From assembly GCF_009914755.1 (NCBI RefSeq), contig NC_060935.1: DNA of 64,000 bases, one strand, 5' to 3'. Shown one piece after another: positions 58,230 to 64,000 of this stretch (the stretch's first letter is position 1; each line of letters begins with the position of its first letter). This DNA comes from the human T2T-CHM13v2.0 reference genome, Homo sapiens. The position numbers and the translations under genes are program-made. Below the pieces are notes generated by a model. That model was not told where the DNA came from, ran no database searches, and worked only from the letters and a program-made list of their open reading frames with translations.

Positions 58230-58536
58230 TTCTCTGTGACTGCACTTATCTTTTATTGCCCAATAAACATTGGGAAGACATAGCAGGCCAGAAAGGCCTG
58301 TCCCCAGACATTGTTTCTTGAGGCCACCCTCCTTTTACCCCAAAGATCCAGGGGCTTCCTTCAGGAGCCCTGTGGACCAGTCTGTGCAACACCCACTCAG
58401 GACTGCCCGACAACTGCCCTGCTGATCCCCCATCGCAGCACAGGAGACACACTTGTCACACATACATCCAACAGTAGGGAGGGGTTTCCCCAACTTCCCT
58501 CCAGGCTCCTGGCACGGGGCTGGCATCCGGTTGTAC
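58230..58536 (-). other. MYBPC3: MYBPC3 exon 35 (3' UTR only)
   Basis: Acceptor gttgcag|GTACAACC (ct at 58537-8 on +); ends shortly after AATAAA, end coordinate approximate. Confidence 0.85.
58252..58257 (-). terminator. MYBPC3: MYBPC3 polyadenylation signal AATAAA
   Basis: TTTATT on the + strand at the end of non-coding exon 35. Confidence 0.88.
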
Positions 58537-58690
58537 CTGCAACACAGGTTATCTTACGAGTGAATGGAGGGCCCCTACAGCCTCCCATTTACTGATGGCT
58601 GCCCCAGGACCAAGGGCCAGGGCTCAGCCACTGACTTGTGCCCTGGGTGTCGGGTGGTACATACCTGGCCATCCCCAGGAGCCAGCCTGG

Positions 58691-58701
58691 TCACTGAGGC
58701 A
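58691..58701 (-). CDS. MYBPC3: MYBPC3 exon 34 coding part (exon 58665-58701), stop codon
   Basis: tgcag|TG CCT CAG TGA ... GGCCAG|gtatgt. Confidence 0.93.
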
Positions 58702-58724
58702 CTGCAGAAGAGGAGGCCATGTCA

Positions 58725-59078
<354 letters not shown>

Positions 59079-59385
59079 CTATAAATAAGGTAAAGAGAGG
59101 GAGGGAAGCCATCCAGGCTGAGAGGGGACCTGGCAGGGACCCAGGGAGACACATCTGTGTTTCTACTCGGGGGGTCCCACGAGAGTCCCTGACTATGCCC
59201 AAGGCTGGAAACAAACATGGAACCAAGAGTGAGTACCATGGCCCTGCCCAGGGGGAGGAACCCGGTCCATACACCCCAAGGTGGAGAGAAAGCAGGGGAG
59301 ACAGGCTGGGGAGAGGACTGCTCAACGTCGGGGCCTATGAGCCCTGCCTCCTGGTCGGCCTGGACCAGCGCCTAAAGTTCCCTAC

Positions 59386-59522
59386 CTTGGGGCTACCCCG
59401 GACAGCACAGCAGAGCATAGCAGTGTAGCCCGCGATGACCGAGCGGTTCACCAGGGGCTGGGTGAAGCTTGGGGCCTCGGAGAAGTCCAGGGCCTTATAG
59501 TTGGGTGGCTCATAGGTGATGC
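59386..59522 (-). CDS. MYBPC3: MYBPC3 exon 32
   Basis: [46 protein letters not shown]; 137 nt; GT-AG boundaries. Confidence 0.96.
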
Positions 59523-59633
59523 CTGTTGGTGACAGGACTTGGTACCGAGAGGGCCACACAAAGCTAGGCCCCTCTCCCTGTTCCCACAGCCTCCCTGCCC
59601 CAGCCCCTGGTTGGAAGAATGAGGGTACAGCAC

Positions 59634-59793
59634 CTGGTCTGGGGATAAAGACGGGCTCCTTGGTGGTGGCCGCTCTGTCACTAAAGCCAACCATATTCTG
59701 GCTGAAGACGCGGAAGTAGTAGCCATTGCCAATGATGAGCTCTGGCACCACGCAGTGGGTGCGGCGGTAATGCTCCAAGACGGTGAACCACTC
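59634..59793 (-). CDS. MYBPC3: MYBPC3 exon 31
   Basis: [33 protein letters not shown]...FIPRP; 160 nt. Confidence 0.96.
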
Positions 59794-59905
59794 CTGGGGG
59801 CAGGGAGGGAGGGGAGGCATCTCTGGGCCAGGCCCTTCCTGATGCCGAGAGCCTCTCCTGGGTGCCCTTGGCATCTCCACCCCTACTATGGAGGGATTCA
59901 GATCA

Positions 59906-60650
<745 letters not shown>

Positions 60651-60672
60651 TCAGGCCAGCCCTGAGACATCA

Positions 60673-60975
<303 letters not shown>

Positions 60976-61385
60976 CTAACACAGCAACTCCAGGCTGCCC
61001 AAGCCCAGCTGGCTTCCCCGAGCCTCACCACTTCAAAAGGCAGGGATCAGAGAGGGTAAGCAACTTGACTGAAGTCACACAGCTAGTAAGTCATAGACCA
61101 GGGTGTAAGCCTGGGCTTTGACACCCTATGCCCTGTGTTGTTACCACCTGAGTTTGCTGCCTCGTTCCAGCTTTGAGAACCAATCCTTACAAAAGATGGA
61201 CCCTTTGTTGGGACAAGGAACAAAGGAATGGGAAGTGGATCCCAGAGGGACCAATCTGACTACATAGACAATATTTACCTGTTGGAGCTGAGACACTCCT
61301 GGAAGAGAGCTTGGGTACTGTGGCTTTTACTTTCCCTGTTCCAGAACTAAGGGACTGACATACACCAAGAGAGCCCTTTCTGCAC

Positions 61386-62498
<1,113 letters not shown>

Positions 62499-62622
62499 TT
62501 ACAGTCAGCTTTACTCTGCATTTGTTTTTCACTAGGCAAGCTTTTTTACTTCTGAAAACAGGACAGATATTTCTCTGGGTGTCCTCAACTTTCGGCAAAA
62601 GTGGGCCTAAAAAACTTGACTA

Positions 62623-62847
<225 letters not shown>

Positions 62848-62904
62848 TCAGAGAGGGGTCTGAGCAAGCCTGGGGAAGCTGGAGATCCATGCCCTAGACT
62901 CTGA

Positions 62905-63332
<428 letters not shown>

Positions 63333-63829
63333 ACTAAAACTAAAACTACAGAAAACATGGGAATTTCCTGGCACGTATGATTAGGTGAGTTGACTAAGAA
63401 CTGAACAAACCAGGAATCAGTCCCTAAAACGAGAGGCCTGGACCCTTCTCCCCACAGGCCCCGATTCCTGCCATCTTCCCAAGCTGTGCCCCATCCCTGG
63501 GCCCAGGGGTCCTTGGCCTGCCCTTGCCACAGGCAGCTGCCCCCGGACTCACCCACCCTAGTGGGAACAGGTGTCCTCCTGAGCCCTGCCACAGTCTCAA
63601 CACCTGTTCTGCCCACTCAGACCCCATTATACAGATGAGGAAGCTGAGGCTTCAGGGAGGGATGACTCCAGTTGGCCCCCCGGGGACCATGGAGCTGCCT
63701 CTGCCATCTCTGAGTCTTGGTCCAGGACTCTTTCCACAGACAGATGCCCCTGAGACCCCTCCACTAACTACAGCCCTTGCCCCATCCCATAGGTGAAAAC
63801 CCTGGGTTGAAGGGTGTGGAGAACAGGGG

Positions 63830-64000
63830 ACAATGAACATTTATTGAGCACCTGTTAGATGCCAGATGGCCTGCCTGGTCATCCCATATCATCCTAACAG
63901 CTCTCTGAGATAGGCAGTGTCATTATTCCCATTTTGTAGACATGGAAAGAGAGGCTTGAAACGTGAACTAGGGGTCGGCGTAGTGTGAGAGTCAGCTCCA
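63830..64000. mobile_element. MIR fragment
   Basis: aacatttattgagcacc...attattcccattttgtagacatggaaagagaggct. Confidence 0.6.

Overview
Human (or near-human primate) genomic DNA from 11p11.2. The + strand carries almost all of MADD (DENN-domain Rab3/Rab27 GEF, IG20/DENN): 35 coding exons (conventional exons 2-36; exon 1 lies upstream of the window). Joined by hand at their GT-AG boundaries they give 4,944 nt, one open frame of 1,647 aa (ATG 684, TGA 55970-55972, AATAAA 56834). The - strand carries the convergent 3' end of MYBPC3 (exons 26-35, stop 58691-58693, AATAAA 58252-58257). Introns hold roughly 50 Alus, an old L1 with its 5' end intact, MER44, Charlie1a, MER5A, MIR and L2 relics; most ORFs in the supplied track are Alu-derived or antisense artefacts. 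I found no new protein-coding gene and no prokaryote-type system. The most interesting structure is RNA-level. (1) An Alu-free cassette region at the MADD C-terminus holds a 9-nt ERK microexon, a candidate 3-nt microexon, a candidate truncating exon and the frame-switching exon 34. (2) MADD exon 26 looks like a tandem duplicate of the start of exon 27. (3) Exon 24 begins with a perfect recursive-type donor. (4) The 5' UTR has a cluster of uORFs. (5) A palindromic bidirectional poly(A) signal sits between the convergent genes. (6) A trimeric Alu is enclosed by a single perfect TSD. Exon numbering, repeat family names and reference alleles are from recall and were not checked against databases; repeat boundaries are approximate.
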